A stretch of 64,000 nt of DNA from Takakia lepidozioides (taxonomy: Eukaryota > Plantae > Bryophyta), in the NCBI GenBank assembly GCA_030704615.1, contig CM060731.1:94178001-94242000 (forward strand). Direction: 5' to 3'. The first letter of the stretch is position 1, and every line of letters begins with the position of its first letter. This document shows positions 25,201-37,325 of this stretch, piece by piece. Position numbers and translations under genes: made by a program. Below the pieces are notes generated by a model. The model did no database searches, was not told where the DNA came from, and saw only the letters and a program-made list of their open reading frames with translations.

Positions 25201-28200
25201 TCTAGGTCATCCTCTCCACGTCCATTGCCAGGGCTTCGGGCAATTCCAGAGTCGGTTCACACAGGGTGCGGATGGAGACAGAACAGATGGGATGGCACAC
25301 CTCCATAGGACAGTAACCCAAGAAGATATCATATGTCCAGTATCGTAGTAACATGAGGGGTGGGCGGGGGGGACACGACACTTTTCTCTATCAGAGCAGA
25401 GGGGATGCTGCCGTCTTTTCAGAGACTGCGAGTTCAGGGCTGTATGAGTTCAGGAAAATGGTGGAATTGGCTTCCAGTTACTCACCATCTAGTGACGCTC
25501 TGTCATTTGAAGGGGCTGTCATCAAGAAGCAGGGACATGAGCAGGCTTTGCAAGAAGCCACTTTCATAGACATCTGAGATGCCTGCATCCTCATGCCTTA
25601 TTATTTGTGTGATGTTCTGCTCATTATCACTAGGGATGATACACCACGAGAGTGCAATTAACATGAGGTGGGGAGTGAATACCATTTCCTTTCTCCTGCC
25701 CAGTATAGTATGAGATCATAAGGAGATACTAAGGTTTTTCCAGAGACTGCTAGGTGTCTACCCCAACGGGTTATCCACTACCAGGACTGGAACAGGCTGA
25801 TCAGTCAGGACCTAAGGGATACATCTGTGACAGAAATGAGATCCAGATTGCCAGCTCACCCCAAAGCTCCAGTTCTACGGAGACAGTATCCTTGGGGCCT
25901 TACTAGTGTCTGCCATGTTCTCTTTGGGCATTTCAGAGTCGGTACACAAGCCTATGGATCAAGACAGGCAGATGGCAGAACATACCTGGTGAGGATTGTC
26001 CAGTATGGAACTTAACAAGAGGTGGAAAAAGACCATTTCTTTTTCTCCTGCCTGTACAATGATATCAGTGGATGATACTGCTGTCTTTTCAGACTCTACG
26101 CAACCTTTTCAGGAGGCCTTCCGTTTTTAAGACAAAAGTGCTTAGCTTAACTGCCTGAGGCCCCCGACCCGGGCTGAGTTTTCTGGGGACCTACTATGTC
26201 CACCGAAGGGTTTACTTTTTACTTCGGTTTGATTTGCCGTCTGGTTTTGGACTCTATTTTCCTCCTTGCTGCAGCTGTAGCCTGGCATGGCAGGGCCTGC
26301 AGAAATGGTATGTTAGGGTGTATACATCAAACGATAGTCGCAGAGAAACCTGTGTTGAGGAACAACCAATGTAGAAGTGTTGAGGAACTGGCTTGGGCTT
26401 CTTGGTTCTGCAAAATACTCCTGAGTGTTTTAAGTGATGGTGGTTAGCAAAGGCAGAGACAAACCTTGTACCAAGTGCATGTGTGAGATGAAGCTCTCCG
26501 CACGTGCTTTCATGATTCTCCTCTCTTCAGCCCACTTCAGTTCCTTATCAGAATCTGTCTCGTTTTCCATATTGCCACTCTTTCCCATCAACAGCTTCCA
26601 CACTCTCATGGTCTCTGTATCCAGCACTACTTTGGGTCTAGGTTTTCTCTTTCGCAGGGGGTTGAAGGGTCCGTCGTATGGGACTAATGCTCCATTCTTG
26701 CCTTCATATGGGACCATTTGAAGCCCCTGAGATGAGGCATCATTGTTATGTTCTGGTTGGGCAACTTGTTCTGTATCCTGCAGTGGGAGGTATTGCTGCA
26801 TTACTTGGGGCCAAAGAGCTATAACTCGAAGCATTTGGAGCCCCTGAGATAGGGCATTAAAGTTATTCCGCTGTTGCATGACTTGCTCTGCGTCCATTAT
26901 GTGGGGCCAATTAAATACAATCTCCTCTTTCTGTATTGCTGGGAGAAGCTCCATTACATGCGGCCACAGGGCCACAACTGGGTCCCTCTCTGTCTCTGGG
27001 AGATGCTCCAACACATGGTGCCAAAGGGCCACAGGTGACAGTGAGATTCCAGGAAATGTCAGCAACCCTCTTAGATATACAATGCGCTGCAAGTCATTCA
27101 TCGATAGAAATGGGATTGGTTGATGAACAAGAACAGAACGAGGGCAAAGTGACTGAAATAGAGTTGTGAGTTCAGTGCTGCTCCCGTTCATGGCCTCGTG
27201 GAGCCCCTCAAATCTGGCCATAGATGACATGGTTTGGACTGAACCCTGATGACTGTAATGATATGCCCCTGCGTGTGATACTGGCTGAAAAAACTGGGAG
27301 CCCCTATGCTCAGTTACGATACTTTCTGACCTGCTGTCATTCGAGTTGTCATTCCTTCCCACTGAACCAGCAATCTGGCCATTACAAAACCTGTCCTCTG
27401 ATGCTGCAAATGACTGGGCATCACAAAATCTCCTCTCTGATGCTGCCTCAATGTTGAACTGTTGTATGAGAGACCTCCTGACGGAATGTGAATCGGAGTT
27501 CGACTGTTGCACAACATCAGACGACCCTGCCATCTCTGGACTATGATTTGAATTTAGGTCATTGATTATTGGTGTCCCCTCCCATGAGTCTCCTTCAGCA
27601 TTGACAGAATCTATGATATGCCTGTCTCCTGCACCATAGGGCTCCATATTAACCCTTTCTTCTCTTCTCTTATAGGTTTCTATAGTAACCCTCTCCCTGC
27701 CCTTTGAGGCAGTTCGCCGTTTCATGAAAGACCGACCCGTCGTGACTGACTGTTCCACCCTCCGGTTGCTTGAAGCATTGATTGTGGACTCTTTCCCAGA
27801 CAACTCCCTGTCATTGTATGTCTTCAAAGAAGATGTTCTGTTTGGGGGTGACTCAACAGTCCACTGCTCCCTCAAAGACATCCCTGCCGGTGCCACGATT
27901 CCAAATGTAAATTGCTCTACAAGAGACGTTCTGACCAGCTCTGCCCCATCATTTGACAATCCTACAGAAGATCTCCCCTCCCATGCTACACCATTGCTCG
28001 AAAACTCTGTAAAAGATTGCCCATTCATTGTAGCTTCAGCAATTGAATGTCCCATACTTGACCTCCCAACCAGTGCCTCTCCAGCAGGTTGCTGTTCCAA
28101 AATGGAGCATTGTACCATTCCTGTCTCGACATTCGAATGCTTTGTGACTAGGCTCTCGTTCTTCGTTTTCTTTTGTCTTATCTTTACATTCGACTTCTCT

Positions 28201-31200
28201 GTGAGTCTGAATTTTTCACAACTGTCACATTCGCAGAAGGCCTTATCATGACCTATCTTTCTTGGCTGGTCAGTTGGAGAGTTCAAATTCTCACCCTCAA
28301 CAGGTTTTGGCTGCTCTCTTCTGTACATATTATTGACAAGAGCTGCAGCGTTGTTGACATGGACAACGGACGCAGGTATGGAGCCTACTCTGTCAACTGC
28401 CATCTCAAACCCTGTATTTCTCACATGCTTTACATGGTTCCCATGGTCAGTCACATCATCACCTGGAGTGCTTGAATCCCCTCCCTCTGCAAGACCCTTT
28501 CGTTTCTTCATATATTTCCTTTTTGCAGAATTGTCATTGAAAGCCGAAGGAATGCCTCCAAATCGTTCTCCACATGATGTCTCCACAACCCCTGAATTGC
28601 ACCCAACATCAATTCAACAGTTCTTTGCATGTTTTGAATGAAATGCTTAATTCAAAACCTACCATATAAGGCTACACATATCAATGCCTTATTTCTTGAA
28701 GAATGATCTAAGGCCAGGCTTTCTATGAGAGGCTCTCATGGACCTATGTCAGTGCATGATTAAACTGAAATGACCATCCCATCAGATCCAAATTGTGCAT
28801 CCTTCAGTTGTACTGGAACAAGTTGCCTCAAAGTCAGCTGCAATGGTATACTTACCCACTCCATCTGTGCTAGTTGGCTTTCCCATCGGTCTTCCATTTG
28901 TCTTCTTCTCTTTAGGAGCCTTTGCAGGTCGCTTGTCCTTAGCAACCTTTGGGGTGTATTTCCTTTTGACCTTGCCATTTACGACTGTTTCCAGCAAACC
29001 AGGGACCTCATTTAGATCAAATGAATGTCCTTCCTTCCTTCCATGGGAGCTCTCCAGAGCAGTCACTATTGGCACATGTGAATGACCAGATCTATCCTGA
29101 GGGAGATCCCGTTGGTTAGCTTGTGTGATTTCAGAGACTGCAGAGTCCGCAGCTCCTTGTGTTGGAACAGTAGATGAGATACTCGGAGGCAAGTAGACAT
29201 GAACTTGCGAGCTTGATTGAGGAAGTGTTGTCTCAGAAGCACGGAAACCAGCATGTCTTTTCGTTGGCAACCAAGAGCGCAAGGATTTCTCCACATGCTT
29301 TTTTTCAGGTGTGGCAGGTGTCTCCAGATTGTTTCTTGCTGATGCATACTCCAAGTATGTCTCTTGTGGGGCAGATCTGCATGGAGAGACCAGAGGGTTC
29401 CTGTTGCCAATTGCAGTAGCAGGTATTGCTGCTTGAGAAGCCCTCTGAAACTCATGCAATCTTGCCCCAAATTCAGCACTTCCATGAGGTTGACATGGTA
29501 AAAGAGTCGCCTGAGCTGGTGCCACAACAGTGGTGCAACTTGCACGGACATAAGAGGTCTGACTTGAGTTACTCATAGAGACTGTCCTCAGTTGATCTCT
29601 AGCAGTACAGGGTATGCTGGGCACTCCCAGGATGTTCAGTTGTCCATGATTCTGAAAGTTGCCACTGCCCAATGGCATAAAGGTTGACTGTGTGCTGCTG
29701 CCATCTGGCTGAGGCGGAGGGGTTGATGCAGAGGATCCAAAGCTTGATAAGGCAAACAAGGGGGAGGGGGAATTTATATCATTGAATAAGCATGCTGGAT
29801 AACTTACAGGGGATGCCAAATTTTGCCTGGCTGGTGCTGGAGCTTGCTCTTCAGTTCCAGGTCTTAAGAAATTTGCATTGGCAACTCCACCTTCACTTGA
29901 TGAGAGTGTGGGGCTGGCACTTACTGAGATTGGATTATAGATATATCTTCCATTTGAGCCACCTGCAAGGAATATGTTACTGTCCACATCACCGTAATGG
30001 CCACCTTCAGAAGCAGGATGGGTCAAGCTACTACACAAATCACCCTTGGCAACATCATCATGAGACATGTTTGCTGGGATGCAACTGCTCTCCAAATCTT
30101 TACAGACATGGCATTCACAAACTTGAAGGGAGCAGGTGCCCATGTCACAACATGAATTGCTGGCTGCGGTAAGACAAGCCTCCAAATCCCCGTGAGCATT
30201 ATCTGCACAAAACAGAGTGACAAGCATGATCTGGCAACATTCACAAAGTTTCTACACTTAAACCCAGATGTCTTAGGAATTGGCTTCAACTCTCATGACC
30301 TGGGTCCTCATTAACATCTACTGATCTAGGGCCTGCAGCAATGCTCAACTAATGGATACCGACCCAGAATTCAACTTGTGGGGACAACTGAGTCTCAGCG
30401 ACTGAAGAGATTCCTTGGAAGTGGTTTTGAGAGTTACCAGCATTCACTGCGTTTGTCTTAGCTCTGCCCACAGGGTCTGAACCTGTCTCCAAGTTACCAT
30501 GAGAGTAGCCAATGGGGACGAAACCTGTGGTCAAGTGGGCACAAGCATTCCCTGCTTGAAGCTGACCTGCATTCCCCGAGGTCATCCTCGAGGGTGGGTA
30601 TGGTTCTTCAAAAATTCTGGATGCCTTGGATGTACATAATTCAACCATAGGAAGCTCCTCTGAAGTCCCTAGAGAGCCAACAGGCCTGTTTGACTGTGCA
30701 TCTAGGCCAGTAGATTGTGGAGTGCTGACGATGATGGAAGAGTTTGAATTAGTTGAGAAGTACTGTGATAAATCTATATAGAGACTGGAAATCTCGTCTT
30801 TGTCTGCACTGATGCAAGCTAAGGGCCCAGAATTTGGTGCTACATGACGACCCCCAGTAGATTTCTGTGGCCTATTGTCTAACGAAGGGACTGGACTGGA
30901 TGTCGCAGGTGAAGTCTTCCTACCATTTGATTGTCTCACATCCTCTTGGTCAGATAGCAGATATCCCAATGCTTGGGGAAGTTGTTGGGTGAGTGAGTTT
31001 CTCTTTCTTTTCTGTGGCTTCTCTGGCGTTGGTGGGCCTATTACAGAGTCCCCTTGCAAGCCACATGCCCCCTGCTTCCTGGGCATGATGTCTGGACCAG
31101 GGGATATCCCCTGGCCCAAATTGGAAGCCGATTTCTGGAGTGTGAGAGCCTGGACCATGTTGTCCTCTAGCAGAATTTCCTCTCGCTCGCACTGAATCTT

Positions 31201-31618
31201 GTTATTCTGCATTGCAAGGATCTGCCCATTGAGCACCAGTGAGTGAACCTGCAGCAGAAAAGTGAATCTGATGTAAGCAATCTATACCATACATCTCTCT
31301 GCCCCACATTTCTCCACCAGTGAAATCAATGATCTGTGGGCACAATCACTCTGCTAGATGTTTTGTGCTGCAACCATCACATACCAGGCTTCAGGACAGG
31401 CATCAATTTTGGGCCAGCCTTTCCAGTCAGCACTTTGATGCAGGCATCAAATGCCCAAACCATTAAATGCCCTCAGAACCACCCCGAGTGAAAGAGTACA
31501 TTTTACCGTCGGATGAGGATATCAACAAATTGTCATTGAGCACACCGGAACTGACCTGAACGCTCTTCTTGTAGATCCTTTGCTGTAGTCTCCTCTCCCT
31601 CATGAGTTGATCCAGCAT
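16202..31618 (-). CDS. DME: DEMETER/ROS1-family 5-methylcytosine DNA glycosylase/lyase (DNA demethylase), ~2,380 aa, ~20 coding exons
   Basis: Exons by GT-AG and phase: 31618-31556 (tentative first; alternative ATG 31212), 31248-30360, 30202-28856, 28591-26465, 24597-24507, 24004-23035, 22643-22564, 22213-22129, 21575-21484, 21114-21046, 20817-20781, 20566-20484, 20240-19569, 19050-19014, 18875-18818, 18529-18423, 17965-17900, 17584-17470, 16687-16649, 16326-16202; total 7152 nt, in frame. Motifs: KRKYTPKV; domain A PRPKVVLDTETMRVWKLLM...HMHLVQGDRSFSRWKGSVVDSVVGAFLTQNV; HhH GLGLKSVECIRLLTLHHLAFPVDTNVGRI; 4Fe-4S CTKSKPNCNACPMRGDC; RRM-like VPCRTAMQGSFPLNGTYFQVNEVFADH...CFWRGYICVRGFD. Orthology to DME versus ROS1 is not resolved. 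Confidence 0.95.
17195..17246. repeat. Short fold-back (probable MITE remnant) in a DME intron
   Basis: Arms ACCTATGTAGTAGGTAGCG and CGCTACCTAGTAAATAGGT, 19 bp with 2 mismatches. Confidence 0.7.
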
Positions 31619-34600
31619 CAATCAAATGCCTTCCTAATGCCTTCCTGACCTAGGACTGAAGGGTACTGGCTATTTAGGACTACGCCAACACTTTCCTCAG
31701 TTCCGTTCACAACTTTCTGAACCTGAGCCAGGATGGAACTCAGTGCTTCCTGTTTCAGTACATGTATGAGTGGGTGCCCTTGCTTGCCAGTAGCACAGCC
31801 CAGCTGCTGCTGATGGTCATGCAGCACATTTACCAAAGACAGGAGCCACCTGAATTTCCTATGTAAAATCCAGTCATACTGTTTGTTCCATTTTTTGGTC
31901 CACTTCCATGCAACTATATAAGGTGTTGTACAAGCTCATCATAGGAACATAACCGTCCAAATCAATGACCTCCTTCGACAGACCCTGAGGATTAGAGCTA
32001 GCTGTGTCTTGATATGCGGAGCAAGTGTGCCTTGTGGGGAAAACCCTCCTCTTCTGCAAATTTCAGGCAGTTTTCTTTTTCTCTGTAACTGAGAAGTATG
32101 CCTGCAGTTTGGTGCCTTCTCTCCAATAAGCAAGTATGTCCCCTGCAAAAAGACAGTTATCCCGAAAATTCCCATGAACAGAGAGAACCTCAATGAAGTC
32201 AAGTGGGGTAAAGGCACAAGCATCTTTTGGAAGCCTTAGGTCTAAATTTGAACACTGATACCCAACCACAGGTAAGATTCCAGGCATCTGCAAGTACCTT
32301 GGGCCCCCTAAGGAAAGCAATCTGTGTGTCAATCCACCAGCCTAGATAATGAGCATTAGATACATGGGGTCTACATACTAACTACAGACTCTAGTCTGTC
32401 AGCAATCCATGCTCCACAAGCAACCCCAGCACTGGTGAAGTCGGCAGGAGATGAGCTAATTATTATGTTCTGTGACTGTGTCCCAGTCACTGCGTTGGTA
32501 GCCAGTCACATCAGTTGGCAGGACTGACGCCTCCAATGCTCCACCAGCAGGTAACTTACTAAGACCCGTATTGTGGGTGGGTCAGATCTGACGGGATGGG
32601 TTTATTCTTATCAAAACATGATTAAATACAGGCCAGCCTTTGACAAAGGGTACTTCAAATGTTGTATCACATAAATTACATCGTCAATCCCAAGTGGAAA
32701 GGAGTCCAAACACCCATGGCATGGCAAGTGATGATGTAAGATACAGCAGGGTTCCTCTTGTGAGGTCTCGGGGATCCTCCTTGGATTAGGATAAAAAGAA
32801 ATTTGAAAGAGGTGTCTACCAATCAAGCATTGCAGCAGGAGCTTAGCAGGTTTAATCTTTAAGTGTTGCCCAACCAGCGTGCACCCCAGGGACACCATCA
32901 AAAGGCTGCATACTGAAATTAATGCATTGTCAAGTTTCTGCAAATATGTTTCATTGGTGTCCAACACTGACCTTCAAAAGAGCCCAATGAGGATTGGTGC
33001 AAATTCTTGTGCGGCAATCAGACACACGTAGGTTTTTGTGCTCCGATGACCCCAGCTGGTGACTGATCTGCCCTTGCAACCAAGTGGCCCACCACATGTT
33101 CAACTTCTCTGCATTTTGTACTGGCCCCTGCTAGCGTCCACCCTTCAAACCAAATTCACAATCCTCAAGCGTAAGTAAGCAGCACCTAAAAGTTGCCCAA
33201 CAGAAGCACATTTCAAAATTTAGATCTTCGCTTCTGTGCCTTAAGGGTGCTTATGGAGTGGCAAATACGGCGCTCCGAGTTGGAACGTCCAGCAACAACG
33301 TCTCTCTGCGCGATGATATTCTCTCGTCTTACATTCACAATTTGCCTCTTCAATTTCTTTTTAGCTGCTCTTTGATCTCACAAACTCACCCTCACCCTGT
33401 CTCGCTGACGTTGTAACGTTCCTTTCTTTCTTTCTTTCTTCGCTCTCCCTCTCTAGGTTCCCATGGACTCTGCCTCTCTCTAAGTCTGTCAACACACCCG
33501 CATACGCACATACTCCATCCAGAGCAGGGCTACGGCAAGCACAGGTTAATCAGGAGATTCACTCCTGTACTTAGGTCCAATGCGCTCATGACAGAGGGGT
33601 TTTCATGTCACAGTACTCATTCCACACACATTGTGCTTTGGGCAACATAGGGATAACGTTCAATATGAGGCATTGTTGGCACTGCACAGGACGTCGATTA
33701 CCTTGCCCATGGTACCCGGATTTTGACATGTCAACATGAATTCAGGCATTCTCATTTATCCCCGACCCAATTCGAGATAGGGAGACGAGACTACATGTGG
33801 CCGGCGTCTGCAGAGCCCGCCTGTGATTTGAATTGATATTACCATGATACTGATCCAATCATTTCAGCTTCGAGCTGATGTAGAAGCCGAAGCATCACCT
33901 CAGAAGGCTACAATCGGGTCCCAGGTTCACACTTTTAGTGATCTAGAAGTGCAAAATTTCCCAAGATCTACTCACCATCTCTTACTAAGGACCCAGAATT
34001 CATGTAGTATGACAGACACCTTGGAAACAATTGAGATGTAGGAATAGCACATGCACAATATGCCAGAAACACTCAGAATGTGATTGAAACACCTGGATTT
34101 TCATTGCAATACCTCCCATCCTGAAAAATTGAGAAGAATCAGCCACTAAATCTTACTCAGGCAATCAATCCCAATTCGTGTACATTAAGCCCTTCCAGCC
34201 ACCACCACAGCACGAAAGAAAGCTGCTTGAGATCCGACAGACATTAATAGAGGCGATGCATCAGGGCAGAAGATCCAGAAAGGAAGAACCTGGAAATCAA
34301 AGTGCAGAGAGAGAGAAGAGAGATGAGCGAGATGGACAACACCCATAGCACATGCAATTTCACCGGAACAAACCCAGGAAAAGGGGAAAGTGAGGACCTG
34401 GAACCGGATTTCTGTGATAAGGTACCACCATGCAAAGGCGATAATTGACAGAAAAAGGACCTGGAAACCCAAGTGTAATTAGAGAGGCGTAGCGTAATGC
34501 GAGCGAGGTACAGTGGGTGCAGATGAGAGAGAAGAGGTACAGACGCGTGCCTTCTCTGAAATCATGGTGGCAGGCTGCAGGTCTGTCGTGACTGTCCGGC

Positions 34601-37159
34601 ACAAGCCAGCGAGCAGCAGCAGCATCCCCCAAAAACAAAAAAGTAGAAAACTACGCACACCAGAAACCAACGACGTGGGCGGGCCCCACCTCCCAATTTT
34701 GCTAATTTCTTGCTCCTCCCTCGCCCGCACCAAATCTCTTCTCCAAATTTGCCCAATCCTCTCGCAAATCCCCCTCATGCATAGTGACATTTCTGCAAAG
34801 CCGCCAGTCATTAAGATGGACTAGACTCTGTTGGCTCTTTACTAGCTACGCCTCCACCCTCTCTTACTCCTAAGCTTTTGTTTTTACTCTGTCACCCACC
34901 ATTTCGCCTACCCTCTCCTACACTCCCGCGGACCGACAGGTCATCCCCGGTCACCGTATTCCAAGCCAGAATGTCTATCTTTCAGATCCTGAGATGAAGA
35001 TCGTGCGTCAACCACAACGTGGCACGTCACAGGGAATCCTCAGAGTGCATCGAGTGAGCCGGCCTGCCTAGCCTGCGGTGGCCTGCTACTCTGGTACACT
35101 CCGCAGCGCCACCCAGCTGTGACCTACCTGACCTGACCTTACCTCACACCACTCACTTACCTCTTCCCTGGGAAACCAAATTTTGTTGGTTGCTGTGGGG
35201 TCGCGTTTGGCGGTGTGCTAAAATAATGAGAAAAAAGAAAGTGGGACAAGATAAATTTTCTTTTGTGTGGGTAGCGGAGGGGTCAAATGTTGAGCTGCAG
35301 CTTTGCAGTAAGGCTGACACGCTGTTTATGACTAAGGAGTGCCCTAAGGCATACGTAGTGTGGAATGTTGGATTGCTGTAAGGGCGGCCCAACAAAAAAT
35401 TACAACTATCAAATTGGTGGATCTGTCATATATGTTTGTCCAACTCACTTTACGCAATAACCCTTCGTAAGGCTCTAGAAAACTTTTCATAAAAAGAAGG
35501 GTTTTCTTGCAACGTTGTGGAATCTCATTTCACCAAAAACACAAACATAAAGCATAGGACATGTGATTTTATTGCTTCCTATGATGACACCAAAACTTGG
35601 AAAAGAAAACAAGTTTGCTGCCTAAGTTGACTATGGCCACCTGTAATTTCAGTTTCTCAATCTGCAGAAAATTCGTTTCTGGGTTAAATGTCGAGATTTA
35701 AATGTCGAGACATTTAACCCATAAAGGTCCAAGTTGGCTCTCCAAATTTTGGTAAAGCATGGATGGCAAAAGCCAAGATGCTAGCAAACCCAACAATATC
35801 ATCTGATTCTTGCATTGGGATTTCATTGATGAATGAGACCCAAAGGACCTCAAATAAGTAGGAGGATCAAAGAGCGATTGTATGACCCTCAATTGACAGA
35901 GGACCTCAATACACTTGGGTGGGTTGTAGTTATTCCTTTGAACATTGGAAGCACTTGGATAGCCCAATAATTACATATCCAGTGGAGTAATATTGCTAAA
36001 AAAGAGATGCTAAGTATAGTTCTTTGACCACTCCCACCAGCAAGCACAAAAGCTAGAGTGAGATGCAATGCAGTTGTGGGTTCACTTTTAAATAGGTTAC
36101 GGCAAGCAATATTGCAAGGCAAACAGACTTGTGTGGCGAGATTTTGCGTCTGTTGCTTTTGGTTGGAACAGTGGGGATTCGGGAAGGTTCTCCGTCGGGA
36201 TTTATACACCAAACGAATAATTAGTGTTGAACAGATAATAGCACCTGGTACTAATGTTTCCTCAGGTTAGACTTTACCTGACCGGAACAAGCTCCCAATA
36301 GTTTGGAGGGTGAGTGCGCTCGTTAGTGAGAACAACAATGATTCCCTGTCAAGATTCGTAAAGAGATTAGCGGAAGGGTGTAGATGGCAAAGGAAAACAG
36401 AACAAGAATGACGAAGATGGAGGGATGGCGGGCTGCACATAGACCAGCGGAGGATGCACTTTAGGCATTTAATGAGAGAGCCAGAATTAAGGAGAGGAGC
36501 GACAGAGAATGGGGTGTGGTAAGAGCGACCGTGCACATTGAAAGGGGGTACTCAAGGGAGTGTAAGGGAAAGAGTAAAGCCTGGAGGGGTTGGGGTGCGC
36601 ATTTACTCGCAAACCCAGGCCAGCAATGCCAATGCGGTCGTTAGCCGGGTCGCAACGCCGCCCGCCGCGCCTGCAAAGTCGCTGATGATCGCCTGCCGCC
36701 GCTGCACTGGCGCGGCGTAGCGTTACTCGCGATCACGTCCGCGATCACGTCTTTTGCTTGTTCTCTGTTGTTCGTTACCACTCAATTAAGTTCAAAGTTT
36801 AAACTGGTAGAAATCGATTCAGGGAATTATGAAGCATTAAAATGCAGTTTTTCCTTCGCCCGCTTGGAGTGTTGTGCCGAGGGGAGGAAAGGGGGCAGGG
36901 GCAGCCCATTTTTTTTCATTTCTGCCTGGGCCTGGACGTGGCGATATTTTCTGGGGGTTAAGTGCAGAGGTGGCGACAGGTACAATGTCCACCTGGATCC
37001 TACCTGGCTACAGGTATGCAATATATTGTGCAATATGGCGATTTCTTGAAAATGTCAAGGATATTTCTCAGGCGACACAGCCTTTATCTTTAATTTTTTT
37101 CTAAGAGAAACACCTAGGAGCGACACCTCCCAAATCAGGCCCCATAATTATAGTGAGAG

Positions 37160-37325
37160 GAAAAAATAACCTCTTTCAGAGTAACCTAGCCCTGAAAGCT
37201 TTCGCAAGGGACACCGCCCAAGGGAAGGGAAAGAAGAACATACCACAGCCATAAAGGTAGCAGGATTTGACCCCAGAATCATCTGGGTGGCACTCAGTGC
37301 ACTATCTAACTGAGCTACCAATTGT
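37160..37325 (-). mobile_element. Putative tRNA-derived SINE (second family)
   Basis: On the - strand: box A TAGCTCAGTTAG, box B-like GGGTCAAATCC about 33 nt downstream, short hairpins and a terminal T-run; no TSD seen. Confidence 0.55.

Noticed and set aside
26434-31195. Plus-strand ORFs overlapping the large DME exons
   Set aside because: Antisense shadows of the real coding strand with no independent motifs
35700-36600. Possible degenerate LINE fragment
   Set aside because: No diagnostic endonuclease or RT motif found
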